A stretch of 32,780 bases of DNA from positions 1-32,780 of the forward strand of contig ML002417.1 in assembly GCA_003614675.1 (NCBI GenBank), in the 5' to 3' direction. The notes under the pieces were generated by a model. The model was not told the origin of the DNA. It searched no databases and was given only the letters and a program-made list of their open reading frames with translations. The first letter of the stretch is position 1. Every line of letters starts with the position of its first letter. The position numbers and the translations under genes are program-made. Shown here piece after piece: positions 12,338-23,767 of this stretch. This DNA is from Dimargaris cristalligena. Its lineage: Eukaryota.

Positions 12338-14977
12338 CTATCCCAACTTAGCTTTCAAGTCTTCGGCCCGGGAGATGGGTAGGCCACACGTAGAATCACG
12401 GCAAATATAAGCAGTGGAGGAAGAAGTGGGGGCAGCATTCTGGGCAATAATCTCGCGCACCACGGAATGGTGCCGGGCCACATAGCCGCCGCCAGCCTCA
12501 TCCCCGTCATTTAGGCAGGGACGACGAGGTGACCGCAATACGGGAATGAGGACCCGATTAGGGAGGAACCGCCGCCGAGCCTCCTGCAGCATCGCCTGGG
12601 TCTCCTTGGCCTCCGGGTCGTCCCCCTTGCACACAATGATGATTTCGGTATTGCCCTGCAGCAGCTGCATAAGGCCCTTGACCAACGCGGGACTAGACTG
12701 CGGGAAGCGGGCCAGCTGGTCACCCAAGTGGCGCAAGGTTTTTTCGGCCCGGGTGCGGAACTCCGGCTGATCCAAGTAGGAGGCCAGTCGAAGCAGGTTA
12801 CCTACCGCTACGGCATTGGCGGACGGCTCGGCGCCGTCGTGGTCATCCTTAAGCCGTAGGATGAGGTGGGGATCGCCAGCCTCGGCATGGAAATACCCTC
12901 CACCTGCCGCAGAGGAATCCCAGAACCGCTCGTCCTGAGTCTGCTGCAGGTCGTGAGCCCAGGCTAACCACCGTTCGTCACCGCTCGCTTCGTATAAGTC
13001 CAGAAGACCTTGGATTAAAAACGCATAGTCGTCCGCAAAGCCGGCTACCGGGGAGGCACCGCCGTCCCGCCAGGTCCGGAGTAGACTCTTCTCCTCGGGG
13101 CGATACAGATGATCACGGATGAACTGGGCCGCGTGGGTGGCTGCTTCGAGATGGGCGGGTTCCTCGAGCGCGGAGGCCGCCCGGGCTAGAGCCGATATCA
13201 TGAGACCATTCCAACTAGTGACTACCTTATCGTCCCGATGGGGCCGGGGCCGGTGCTCAAATCGGTACTGGGCAAGCTCAGCATAGGCCTGGCGCAGCAT
13301 CGATTCCACGTCTTCTGGACTTTGCATAGGCGGGCAATTAGAGTCGTCGGCAGTCAAAGTACCGGCCTGAATTCCCGCTTGGTAATACTTGTAGGTGTCC
13401 TCGGCGTCATGCTCCCGGATCAGTACGTTTTGACCTACTAACTCCCCGTGAGGGTCCATTTCCGGGTTCACGTTGCCCTGGGGCCGTACTCCGAAGGCAT
13501 GGGCAAACAGGTCGGCCCGCAGATGACCAAGGCGGGTTTGCAGTTCGGTCCAGGTCCACACGCAGAAGGCGCCCTCTTTCTTTTTGACCGCCCCAGATTC
13601 GGGCAAAGAATCGGCATCCTCGGCGGAATAAAACCCACCTTGGGCACTGGTCAGATCACGCGCTACATAGGCCAGAATATCCCGTACGGCATCGGCCAAC
13701 TCGGTCTCGCCCGACAGTAAATATGCGTCGGTAAAAGTCCGGGCCAGCTGGGCCTGGTCGTAGAGCATTTTTTCAAAGTGGGGCACATGCCAGCGGGCAT
13801 CGACACTGTACCGGTGAAAGCCGCCGCCCACATGGTCGTGGATGCCGCCGCGGTTGATATGACGAAGGGTGAGCAGAACCATGGCCTGGGCCCGGGCAGC
13901 CATGGTATCGCGATGGTCAAGCTGCTCCTTGATGCGTTGGACGAGGGCGGTTCGGTCAGTGGGTGGGGTCGAATCCGACGGGGCCAGCCAGGTTAGGCGT
14001 TCCCGTAACTCGTGCTCCAGTTGACCCAGAAAGGCCTCCGACAGCTGGTCCCATGACTGGGTCTCCAATGCGGGGTGGTTTAGGCCGGTGCGCATGTAAA
14101 ATGCGTAAGCCAGCATGAAATCAAGGACGGCAGGGGTGGGGAACTTCGGGGCCTTACTAAAACCACCGTTTTGGGGATCGAATCGGGCGGCTAGTTTTGC
14201 ATAGGCCCGCGGCGCCGAGGCCCAGCTAAGCATCGGGCCTGAGCCGGTCGTGGACGAAGCGCCATCGGGTTTTTCGAGGGCGGTACGCAACTTACCCATA
14301 ATGTGCTGCCCGGACTGGCGGAGTTTTTCTGGGTCGGCAGCCCAGGCATCGCTCAAGTAAGTCAGTATGGAGATAAAGCCGGGGGTGTTGAAGCGGTCCC
14401 GGGGCGGGAAGTAAGTACCCCCGAAAAAAGGCAAGAGGTCGGGGGTTAAAAACACGCTCATGGGCCAACCGCCCCCGCCCGTAGTGGCCTGGACGTAGGT
14501 CATGTACACCTTGTCCACGTCCGGTTGGACTTCGCGGTCCACCTTGATATTCACAAAATGGGTGTTGAGCAGTTGGGCCACCTCCGGGTCTTCAAAAGAC
14601 TCGTGTTCCATGACATGGCACCAATGGCAGGTGCTGTAGCCGATACTCAGGAAAATGGGTTTTTGCTCTTGTTGGGCCTTGGTAAAGGCCTCGGGGCCCC
14701 AGGGGTACCAATCCACGGGGTTGTGGGCGTGCTGGAGGAGATAGGGGCTGCGTTCGTGGATCAGGCGATTGGGAGGGGGTCGGGTAGGGTTAGAGGGGGG
14801 AAAGGTCCCGGCCCCCCCACCGCGGCTGCTGTTGGTGGGGCTGGACATGGTGGCGGACCAGTGGAAAGTCCGTCGGTTAAGAAAGAGAGTGCGGGGTGGT
14901 TGAAGGCGAAGCGACGGAGTCAGAACGGTCGAGTTGGGGAGAAAATAGCGAGCGAATGAACGGTGGAGAAGCCGCAT
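12338..14977 (-). CDS. SPATA20: SPATA20/YyaL-like protein (DUF255 thioredoxin domain plus alpha-helical barrel), intronless
   Basis: Motifs [93 protein letters not shown]. Start taken at ATG 14977, downstream of the AG microsatellite. Confidence 0.93.
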   Translation of the reverse strand: MRLLHRSFARYFLPNSTVLTPSLRLQPPRTLFLNRRTFHWSATMSSPTNSSRGGGAGTFPPSNPTRPPPNRLIHERSPYLLQHAHNPVDWYPWGPEAFTKAQQEQKPIFLSIGYSTCHWCHVMEHESFEDPEVAQLLNTHFVNIKVDREVQPDVDKVYMTYVQATTGGGGWPMSVFLTPDLLPFFGGTYFPPRDRFNTPGFISILTYLSDAWAADPEKLRQSGQHIMGKLRTALEKPDGASSTTGSGPMLSWASAPRAYAKLAARFDPQNGGFSKAPKFPTPAVLDFMLAYAFYMRTGLNHPALETQSWDQLSEAFLGQLEHELRERLTWLAPSDSTPPTDRTALVQRIKEQLDHRDTMAARAQAMVLLTLRHINRGGIHDHVGGGFHRYSVDARWHVPHFEKMLYDQAQLARTFTDAYLLSGETELADAVRDILAYVARDLTSAQGGFYSAEDADSLPESGAVKKKEGAFCVWTWTELQTRLGHLRADLFAHAFGVRPQGNVNPEMDPHGELVGQNVLIREHDAEDTYKYYQAGIQAGTLTADDSNCPPMQSPEDVESMLRQAYAELAQYRFEHRPRPHRDDKVVTSWNGLMISALARAASALEEPAHLEAATHAAQFIRDHLYRPEEKSLLRTWRDGGASPVAGFADDYAFLIQGLLDLYEASGDERWLAWAHDLQQTQDERFWDSSAAGGGYFHAEAGDPHLILRLKDDHDGAEPSANAVAVGNLLRLASYLDQPEFRTRAEKTLRHLGDQLARFPQSSPALVKGLMQLLQGNTEIIIVCKGDDPEAKETQAMLQEARRRFLPNRVLIPVLRSPRRPCLNDGDEAGGGYVARHHSVVREIIAQNAAPTSSSTAYICRDSTCGLPISRAEDLKAKLG

Positions 14978-15025
14978 AGTACTGAAGCGAACATGGAAGG
15001 ACACTTGGGCAAAGCAGTCCACAGC

Positions 15026-15028
<3 letters not shown>

Positions 15029-15062
<34 letters not shown>
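15029..15062. repeat. (AG)17 microsatellite just upstream of SPATA20
   Basis: Perfect AG run ~50 nt upstream of the ATG. Confidence 0.95.
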
Positions 15063-15063
<1 letters not shown>

Positions 15064-15397
15064 CTCTGGATGGTCTGATTTTCCCAACCATGTTCATTCA
15101 TAGCATATACACACGACGTCATTGGGAAAACACACATAGAGAGGGCGCTCAGTCCGATCAAGTCGCAGTATTCCGTGCTAGGCTGGGGTTTCATGACCAA
15201 AATGCCCTGTGGTATACAAGAGGAGCAGAAGCTGGTCTCAGCGCCCCGTTCCACCTTTGACGCCGCTTGGTGCCTTCTCTTTTCTACCCTATCCTATTGT
15301 GCCTTTTGGCTTCCATTCCAGTGATTCTTCTTGTGCACAGCTCCCTAACCCCTCTACCTATTCTTTTTTTGCTATTCCCCGACCCTGTTGAGCCGAG

Positions 15398-15631
15398 GTA
15401 AGCTGGAGAGAGAAAGGGCACTACTCTCCCAATCCACCCACGAACCCTGTACTAAGCGCATTGGCTTGGCTTGACTACCAAAGCTCATTCGCCAGTCGGA
15501 GCGTCCAATCGCCTCGTCCGATCCCCGACTTCGCCCCTCCGCTCCTTCCACAAGCACCCACTACCTCGAAACTAACCCACTATACGCATATACACCCCAA
15601 CCCTCTACTTACTCGACCCAGTCCCCCTTAG
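15398..15631 (+). other. 5'-UTR intron of the small Cys-containing gene
   Basis: gag|gtaagc donor, actaac branch, ccccttag acceptor 15 nt before the ATG. An in-frame TGA upstream shows the first exon is non-coding. Confidence 0.65.
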
Positions 15632-15646
15632 CCGCCTGTATTTACC

Positions 15647-15919
15647 ATGTCCTCCTCCTCAACCCAGCCCACCACTGGCCCGAACCCCCCGGCGGCAACC
15701 CAGACACTGGAGCAATTTGTCACCGAACAGCCCCAGTGCGTGTATATAGTCGATGCCAAGTCGGACCTGGTCTGCCGTAACTTACCCGACGGCCGGCGGT
15801 CGTGTGTGCGGGTCGATCTGACCCAGAAGGAGATGTTCGAAGTGATGCAAAAACTAGACTTTTTCTGTACGTTGCCCGCAGAGCCGGAGAAAACCTACCT
15901 GGAATGCAGACGAATTTGA
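15647..15919 (+). CDS. Small (90 aa) Cys-containing protein of unknown function
   Basis: ATG in accATG context and GC3-rich codons like neighbouring genes. Preceded by a canonical 5'-UTR intron (gtaagc 15398, ctaac ~15572, ag 15631) and followed by an AT-rich 3'-UTR. Confidence 0.75.
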   Translation: MSSSSTQPTTGPNPPAATQTLEQFVTEQPQCVYIVDAKSDLVCRNLPDGRRSCVRVDLTQKEMFEVMQKLDFFCTLPAEPEKTYLECRRI

Positions 15920-17155
15920 TGTGGCCCTGATTTGATTTCTTTATTTCATTTCAATATATATATATATATTATTGTTTTTTCGTCGATGTTCGACCATGCC
16001 TGATTTTTTGTTTATAGAGTGGGGTTGGAATTCCAGTGGTGTGAAATTGCTTAGGCGCCCCTTCCCCTTGTGGGGTATTTTATCGGAGCCCTTGTATATG
16101 GGTGGGATGCCCACCTTTTGATAAATATCTTTATATTTATATATACTCCCCCTGACGAAGTTTACAGACACTCTTTTAGGGGTTATTTCGTTGATGATTC
16201 AGGGCCAGTTTTTGGAATTGGCACACTAGGTCGAAATGCAAGCCTCAATGAAAATGGCCCTGGCAAGGGGGAAAAGGGCCAACAATCATTCTGCGAGGCA
16301 CTATAATCAGGGACTCGAGGAGTTGTGTGTGTAGGGATGGCCAGCAGCTAATAGACTACGACTGATGTGGGTGGGAAGTGCAGCAGTAGGGAGGGTATGT
16401 CATTGGAATAGAGACCGCCGGTATCAAGCAGGGATGCTGTTACTCTAGCAACAAACCCCCAATGGGTCAGTAAACAATTACCAGGCTTATTTGTGGTCAC
16501 TGGGTTTATACAGTGGAAGAATGCGTTATTGAATCGCCCATAATTATTCGGCCGTATTGCGATTGTTCGTCGTCGAAGAATAGAAAAACGGCCGTCTAAA
16601 ACGAAGCCCCCCGCTCGTACTGCTTCTTGCTCAATTAGGAAGGGGGAAATGCCTTATAAAACAGCCGCGCTATGGTGCGTATCACCCGCGCATATCGACT
16701 TAGTCTTATGACGCTCACTACGGCCCAACTATTTACTGCTGGAGTGGCTCGTTTACCGTTACCGCATTCCAAATTGGTGGAACTCCTTTGTAGTGGTTGG
16801 GCATACACTGTGTATCTAACTAGCCTCTCCTCTTCTTTTCTCCGCTTATTTATCTACCTACCTAGCTATTGTGACCTTCACATCTATACTCTCCCCATTT
16901 GCCATCCGTGGCCCCGCATTATTGTTTCATTGACCCTCCCCGTACACCAGGCCCACACACACACATACTCTCTCTCCTCTGGCATCGTGGACCTCACGCG
17001 GCTCCAACAGTTGCGTTCCCCTGCTGTCTTTTCTTACTCAACTTAACCGACTCCCCGTCCCCCGGGATTACCAGTATACTTTCGACTCAAGCGGTTGATT
17101 TATCCCTCATCTTCCCCCTCCGTTGTTCGTTCGCTTGGCAACCTCCCCGACCATC

Positions 17156-20100
17156 ATGCAAGAGTCCACTCTCCTCGTCGCATTTGTCCAATGGGTAAGA
17201 CTCCGCCACTCCCTTTTTCCATATCCCCCGAATAGCCTCCTACGCCAATACTCCAGGCCCACATGCCGACTCCCGAGTATTCCATGAGAGGGTATTATAC
17301 ATGAGATGGCCGGGCCGGTCTCGGGTCATGGAATTCCCCGCCCCTCTTTTCCCCCTCGTTCTCTACTGGAATTCCAACCCCATGTGTATATATTATGGTT
17401 TGCTTTGGCAATCCCCTTCTTCGCCCATACCTTTTCGGATCCCCGACCCTTTTGTGCTACCCAGATCAGCGCCTTCAGCGCCATATCCAAGCCCCTGAAG
17501 GACTTGACCGACTTATCCGACGGCATTGCTCTGTTTGAAATTTGTCATGACATGTAAGTGGTTCGTCCACGGGCGGAGATACCTTGAATCGTCGTTTGGA
17601 TGAAGCCACTCCGATGACAGGTGCCGATTGGCCCATATTGCCACTACCATATCCTTAACCGCCTCACCTCCCGGAAAAGGCCACTAATATCAATTACCGA
17701 TATAGCCATGTCTCATGAATTTTTAGGAAAGGGTTCTAAATTGACTAACCGGTCCTTCTCTAACCCTTTTATAACACCATATTATGTAATTACCGACCCA
17801 TACACTTTACCTTGACCAGCGATTCCAAACGGTTCAAACTGCTACAGTCGGCTGACATTGGCGATAATTGGGTACTTAAGGTCAACAACCTGAAGAAGCT
17901 CTACAAACTAATCGCCTGCTATTACGATGAAGTATTGGGCCGAACTATTGAAGTGCTCGGCCCCATCAATCTCAACAGCATCGCCCGCGAGGCCAACTTA
18001 TCTGAGATGGTCAAGCTCTGCCAACTAGTGCTCTTTATGGCTATGCAGTCCGAGGATAACCTGAAATATGTCGAACCCGTCCAAAACCTGAACCAAGAGG
18101 CCCAACACGCCATTATGGTCATGGTGGAATCTGTAAGTAGAGTAACCTCACCCTCTGCCCCTTGACCCTGTTCGAATCACCAAAACTGCCACCATGTTTA
18201 TATAACAGCAATCCCATGTGGCATTTCCTCCCTGGGACAAAATCCCAACTAACCTTTACTCTATCTACAATGTGCCCACCCACTTTTCCTACCAACCCTG
18301 TGCCAGATGCAAAACCAGTTGACCAACGCCCCCCTACCTCCCACCGAAGCCGAAACCGACGTCAATGACCAGGGTCGGATAGACGAAGAGCGTCTCCACC
18401 TTCTGGAGGCCGAGTTATCCCGGATGGGGGCCGAGAAACAGGACACCCAGAAGCGGTTAAAACAACTGACCGATGCGAATGCCGACTACCTCTCCCGTTG
18501 TGAGGAACTCCTGGTCGAGAACAAGGATATCAAGAGTAAGCTGCGTGACACCGAACGTTCCCTGGCCCGCGTCGACCAGTCGGGCAAGGCCGACTTTCTG
18601 CTCAAGACCGAAATTGACCATCTCAAGCAGGACCTGTAAGTAAATGCGCAACTGCCCCTTTATTCTACGTATCATTACTTCGGCCCTTTAATCACCCTAC
18701 CGGTTTTAACCATGCACGTTTCTACTTTACACAACATCCCCCCACGCATTACCCTCTATTGCACCTTGGGCCACATTCTTAATTGAAACCTGTACCACCA
18801 CCCCACAGGGAACGGGCCGAATCCAAGAATCACGATAGCGAATCCCTAGTGAATGAACAGACCCAAGTCATTGCCGAACTCAACCGCCGCCTGGAAGACA
18901 CCCTAAAGGCCGAGGAGGAGGTGGTCCGTCTGCGGGATCAGATCCAGGAGTACAAGCACGCCGCCGAGAAGCTACAAAAGACCGAGCACGTCATTGAAAA
19001 GTACAAGAAGAAACTCGAGGAAAGCAGTGACTACCGGCGCCAGCTCCGCCAACTGGAGGAACACAACACCCAACTCCTGTCCCGGAACCAGGCCATCGAA
19101 GAAGAGTACCGCAAGGTGAGTCAGTTCAAGCCCCTCATGGACACGTACAAGGACCAAATCGCTTCGCTGGAGAGCAAGAACAACCTGCTCACCCTCCAGA
19201 CCAGCGAACTCAAGCACGAACTCAAGCAGACCAAGGATCGCCTCAATACCGTCGAGGTGGACCGCCAGCGAGACCAGGAGCAAATTAATTCCCTGGAGGA
19301 CCACCTCCGGGAGCTCGAACTGACGGGAGCGTCCATCATGGACACCCCAACTTCGCCACTCGCGACCAAGGCTAGCTTGGATAGTGCTTTGGGCGACGGC
19401 AATCTATTTGAGCTCAAGGCCAAACTGGCCCGCATGGAAAGCGAATTGGTGAGCGCCCGGAAAAGCCGGGGGGACGCCACCCCGTCGCACAAGGTGGTAC
19501 TGCTCGAAAACCTATTGGAAGACGCCCAGCGGTCCAAGAACCAATTCGAGAACAATTACCTGCAGTGCCACCAGAAGAACCTGGTCCTCGAGGACGAGCT
19601 GCGCAAACTGCGCGAGGCCATGGATGCGGGTGATGCGTCGGCCGCCGCGGCTCAGAGTGACCTATCCCTGGACCTGCGGGCCCGCCTGAACGCCGCGGAC
19701 GAGGAACTCTCCCGGGTGCGGGCGAAACTGGCCGAAACCCAGGTCCAGCTGGACCAGACGAACCAGGAACTCACCGTGGCCAAATCGGATCTCAGTATGA
19801 TTAGCGCCGATAAACGGCAGGCCCTGGACGCCCTCAAGTCCCAAACGGGCGCCGAACTGGAGGAACTCAAGGTTCAGCACGAACACCTCGTGTCCTGGTA
19901 CAACGAATTGGAAGGGGCGAGTAAGCAGAAGGATGAGCAAATCAGTCAGTTGCTCCGGGAGAAGGATCAGCTCCACCAGGAGACTATGCAGACGAAGAAT
20001 CAGCTCTTGGAAAAGGAACGGGCAAGCAGGTAAGAACCGTTAGAGAGGGGCTGATGCTCGAAGGAGTATTAAGGGCCTAATTCTATGGCCGGAGTTGGCT

Positions 20101-21110
20101 ATCGTCTCCACTGTATGCGATATATATGTGAACTCTAGTGCTAACCTGGTGCTCTATGTGATTATACTTATGTACATTGCCTACTTCCGCCACTTTGATA
20201 TGCCCAGCGAATTACGGGAAACGCTATCGAGTCTTCAGAACGTCGACCGGAGTAAGGATTCGCAGGGCCTCGAAGCCCAACTGGCCCAGCTCGTTAAAGA
20301 GAAGACCCAGTCTCAACAGGCGATTATCCAGCACGAAATTCACAATAAGAAGCTGAGAACGGTAAGTGGGGCTCATGTGGACATGCCTAACTATGACAGG
20401 ACTATTTAGCATCGAAGCATTCCACTATTGCATTTTTTCCCCTTTCCTCTGCGCCAAAGGCCCTGAGAAATACTCCGCGATGCTAATGCTTACATTGTTT
20501 TTGATATGCGTTTTGTCTCAACGGTCTAAAATGGGGTTCCTGGCACCATTAGGTAATCGCTAACCTGGAACAGAGCTACAAAGAAGCGCAGTCCAAGACC
20601 CAAGATAATGAGTATAAGGAGGCCATGGAGTCGATAAAGAATGCCCTACTTATCAAGACCCAGGAACACGATCGACTAAAGGTAAGTCGGATCTGGAGAA
20701 ACTCGCCCAGTATTATCCGGAATATCTCGAATGGAGGAAGGGTCATACCTGGTGCCAGGTGGACTCGAGGGTCCTCTTAATCGCCCGGCTTGTTTGAGCC
20801 ACGGTAATACCTCAAATTATACGTCTCTCCCCTCAACCGGGTATATATATTTATTTCAGAGAGTTACTGACTCGACCGTTTATTATATACCATATTCCAT
20901 TACGCTACGATATTACACCACTAGCGCGAGCACGAACAGCACGTTTACAACTCCAACCGCGAATACCGGTGCATCCTGAGCGCCTGGCAGAACCTTAGTC
21001 AAAAATTGGCCCTCTACCAACAGTCCAGTGGCCCCGTAACGCCGCACAAACCCACATCGTGGATGTCCCATCAGCGCAGCGCCCTTAATATCAAACTGCA
21101 GCGGCCGTAA
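17156..21110 (+). CDS. HOOK: Hook family dynein/early-endosome adaptor (~819 aa); exons 17156-17194, 17465-17553, 17820-18132, 18307-18635, 18809-20029, 20208-20361, 20553-20681, 20925-21110
   Basis: Hook domain motifs (DLSDGIAL, DNWVLKVNNLKKL, LVLFMAMQ), long coiled coil with IEKYKKKLEE, and C-terminal ILSAWQNL...SWMSHQR motif typical of Hook/HookA/Hok1. Phase-consistent GT-AG introns. Confidence 0.9.
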
Positions 21111-21181
21111 GCGAGTGGTGGACCACAACAAGCGGTGATTTAGAAACACACACACACCGCATCCCCCCCCTCTCTCTACAC

Positions 21182-21209
21182 CTCTCTCTCTCTCTCTCTC
21201 GCTCTCTCT
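21182..21209. repeat. (CT)n microsatellite in Hook 3' region
   Basis: Interrupted CT run downstream of the stop codon. Confidence 0.85.
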
Positions 21210-22093
21210 GTCCCATCATGAAGTACCCACCTCTCCCGAATTCCACCCTCGTTTACGCTTCCCCCAACTTACTTTACTCGCGATGCTGCCGCACATTTAT
21301 CGGTTACATTTAGCCATAATTTCACCAACCACAACAACAACTCCCTGGATCTCTTTTTTTTATATTTTATATGTGTTGACAATTCGTATAGTGATTTATT
21401 TTTTATTATTATGTTCGCCATGTTCCACCCACACACATCCGAACTTCCTTCAACTTCAACCATTGATTCATTATTTCGTTTTAATATATTATTAGTAGTA
21501 CATTTGCACCTTAGACCATCCCTATGGTATTATTTGCCCAACATGTATGAAGAAACCCTTGGGGGCGACTGGTCCCTCCTTTCAAGTTGTACCCCCCCCC
21601 CCTGTTGCTCGGCTGGTTAATTTAGTTCTGGCAGCCCTAATTGGCAAACCCATCCTTAACACTCCCACCTATTCCGGAGTGAAATACGCATTAGATTAAA
21701 GGTATTGTATTTGGATTTATTCTATAAAAAAAGGGGGGTACCCTTGTCCAAAAGAACAGGGTTGGCCGATTCTCCCCAATGGACCTCTTCCAAACCCAAA
21801 TTGACTGATCACAAGGAGAGGCGTACCTTAAATATAAGTCAATCGAGACCATCAAGATGGGATATATAAATGACAGGGAATAAAATGAAGATTGAAAAAG
21901 GCCTACGCTACGAATTGCCCCATCAAGGCAATTTAAAGGCAAGGCAGTTCTCGCTTCAAGAATGGTAGTGGAAGATTCATCATTTATATGAAGTATGGCA
22001 GCACATGCGAAGGGAGGGGGGTAAGAGAAAGACGGGAAAGAATCGACGGTAGATAAAGGGACAGTATTGCCTTCATCGCAAATAAAAGGTGGC

Positions 22094-22902
22094 TTATTTG
22101 GTGGTGACGAAACCCTTGCCCTGGTAACCCTCGGAAGAGATACCGGAGATGGGGTTAGCTTTCTGCTCGCGGAGGTACTCGTTGGTGGCCTCCTGCCATT
22201 CGGGGTTCATGGTGCGGGGAGTCTCTTGCGCTGTGTGGGAAAAGAGAGTGGACGGGATGATGTAAAAATGCAACACGGGTATTCGATACAGCGATTAGAT
22301 ACAGGTAAAGAACAGGGGGTGGATATTGGACTTAGAGGCCTGCAAGGACAAGGGAAGTGGTAGGGGGTAATAACCACGACCCAATTTATCGGCTTCCATT
22401 AATAAGATCCCTAAACAGATGAGATGGTATCTCTCAGTTGTCACCGTCGCCTGTTAGGTCTTGGAAGTGAATAATAATATAGTGGCAATAACTTACAGAA
22501 TGACCGGATGAAGGCAAAGAGAGCAGCGGAGAGGCCCAGGGCGGAGGCCACACCAAAGACGACCTTGGTGCTGTCACCGGGCAGGGAGTAGGGGGTACGG
22601 GCGCTGTGGGGGCCGAAAGAGACGTAGAAGGCGGCGCGCTTCTCCTCCAGGGACAGGGTCTTCCAGTCCTGCTTCTGCAGCTCAGCAATGCGCTCAATCA
22701 TGGCCTTTTGCTGGGTCTTGGTCCAGCTGTTGAAGGCCACCTCGACGCTGGCGATGGGCACCTTGGCGATATCGAGGTAGGCTTCCGAGTTCGGCAGAGT
22801 GGAGGTGGTCGAAGGGGTGGCCACAGCCGAAGCGTAACGGCGAGAGGTCATGCGGCTGGCGGTAGCCACGGACTTCTGGGTAGCGGAAAGAGCACGAGAC
22901 AT
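22094..22902 (-). CDS. COX4: Cytochrome c oxidase subunit IV (mammalian COX4 / yeast Cox5 family), 180 aa; exons 22902-22497, 22230-22094
   Basis: Mitochondrial-presequence-like N-terminus (MSRALSATQKS...SRRYAS), DWKTLSLEEKRAAFYVSFGPHSAR, one TM helix, and PRTMNPEWQEATNEYL...ANPISGISS. Confidence 0.93.
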
Positions 22903-22921
22903 GTTGGCAGTGGGAGTTGAT

Positions 22922-23767
22922 CTAAAAGGGAGGACGAGGGGGAGAAGAACGTCTACAACGGCTAAAATAGAGAGAAAAGGAGGAATAGGCAAATGCGCAT
23001 TAGTCAAAAAGATGAACCCATGGAAGACCCGAAACCAAAAGGGGGGAGTAATATGGTAGTGAACAGAAAAAGAAGCCGGAGTAAAGAGAGGAGGACCGGG
23101 GCCCTCCCCCAACGGTAAACTACCCGGTACGTGCAACATGGGGGTGAAACCGATCCCTCCACCTCCGCTGTACCCTCACTATTCACTAATCGAGACCCAC
23201 CACTATCTGATCTCTAGGGTGGAATCGGTTGGGGGGTGATGAACAGTCAAGAGGCCCCACGAGGGGAGTTGGCCAAGAAAAATACCTGGCTACAGGCTGG
23301 GTAGTTTACAACCACGGTGGTTTTAAAAGGGCGGGGCACGGCCACTATTGCTACATGCCGCCGACGTGCACCGGAGGATATAAATTATAGATATTTACCT
23401 GCAGTGCGAGGGAAGTGACCAGTGGATAACAGCAATGGAGAGAGGAGTCGCACAGGGCAAGTGAGAAATATAGGGACATATACAAACGGATAGGTGAAAA
23501 GGAGGTGGTGAGTCCACAGGCTACATGGTAAAACAGCTTATAACCCGCTGGTGTACAGGTGTTGGTGTGATATGTCCCGCTCGCAGCGTACAGAGAAGGG
23601 AGGGGCTGTTGTTGACCCTGGGGGTGGTGGCATACAGCGCTGGGGATCAGCCCGGAGGAGAATCCGGACGGCTTCCCTACAAGCCGAAACCAAGGCGGAT
23701 CACGGTCCGCAATAGCCAGAGTGGCTTCGGACGAGGGAAAGAAGAAAAGGAGGATTAATCAGCTTAC
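22922..23767 (-). other. Predicted long 5'-UTR intron of the COX IV gene, highly structured
   Basis: Donor aag|gtaagc at 23767, branch-like gactaat ~23005-22999, and tandem acceptor AGs at 22962, 22953 and 22922. Upstream pyrimidine-rich exon has no ATG. TATA-like element ~24005-24012. Confidence 0.6.

Noticed and set aside
14978-15097. N-terminal extension of the SPATA20 ORF (SLSLSL...)
   Set aside because: It is the translation of the CT microsatellite and is most likely UTR or promoter.
15917-15919. TGA stop as possible selenocysteine or readthrough
   Set aside because: No SECIS-like AUGA/AA/GA hairpin or readthrough context downstream, and the following sequence is AT-rich UTR.
23641-23690. 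GTAGGGAA and CTGATC fragments resembling a TPP riboswitch
   Set aside because: The elements are in the wrong order and the UGAGA junction is missing.
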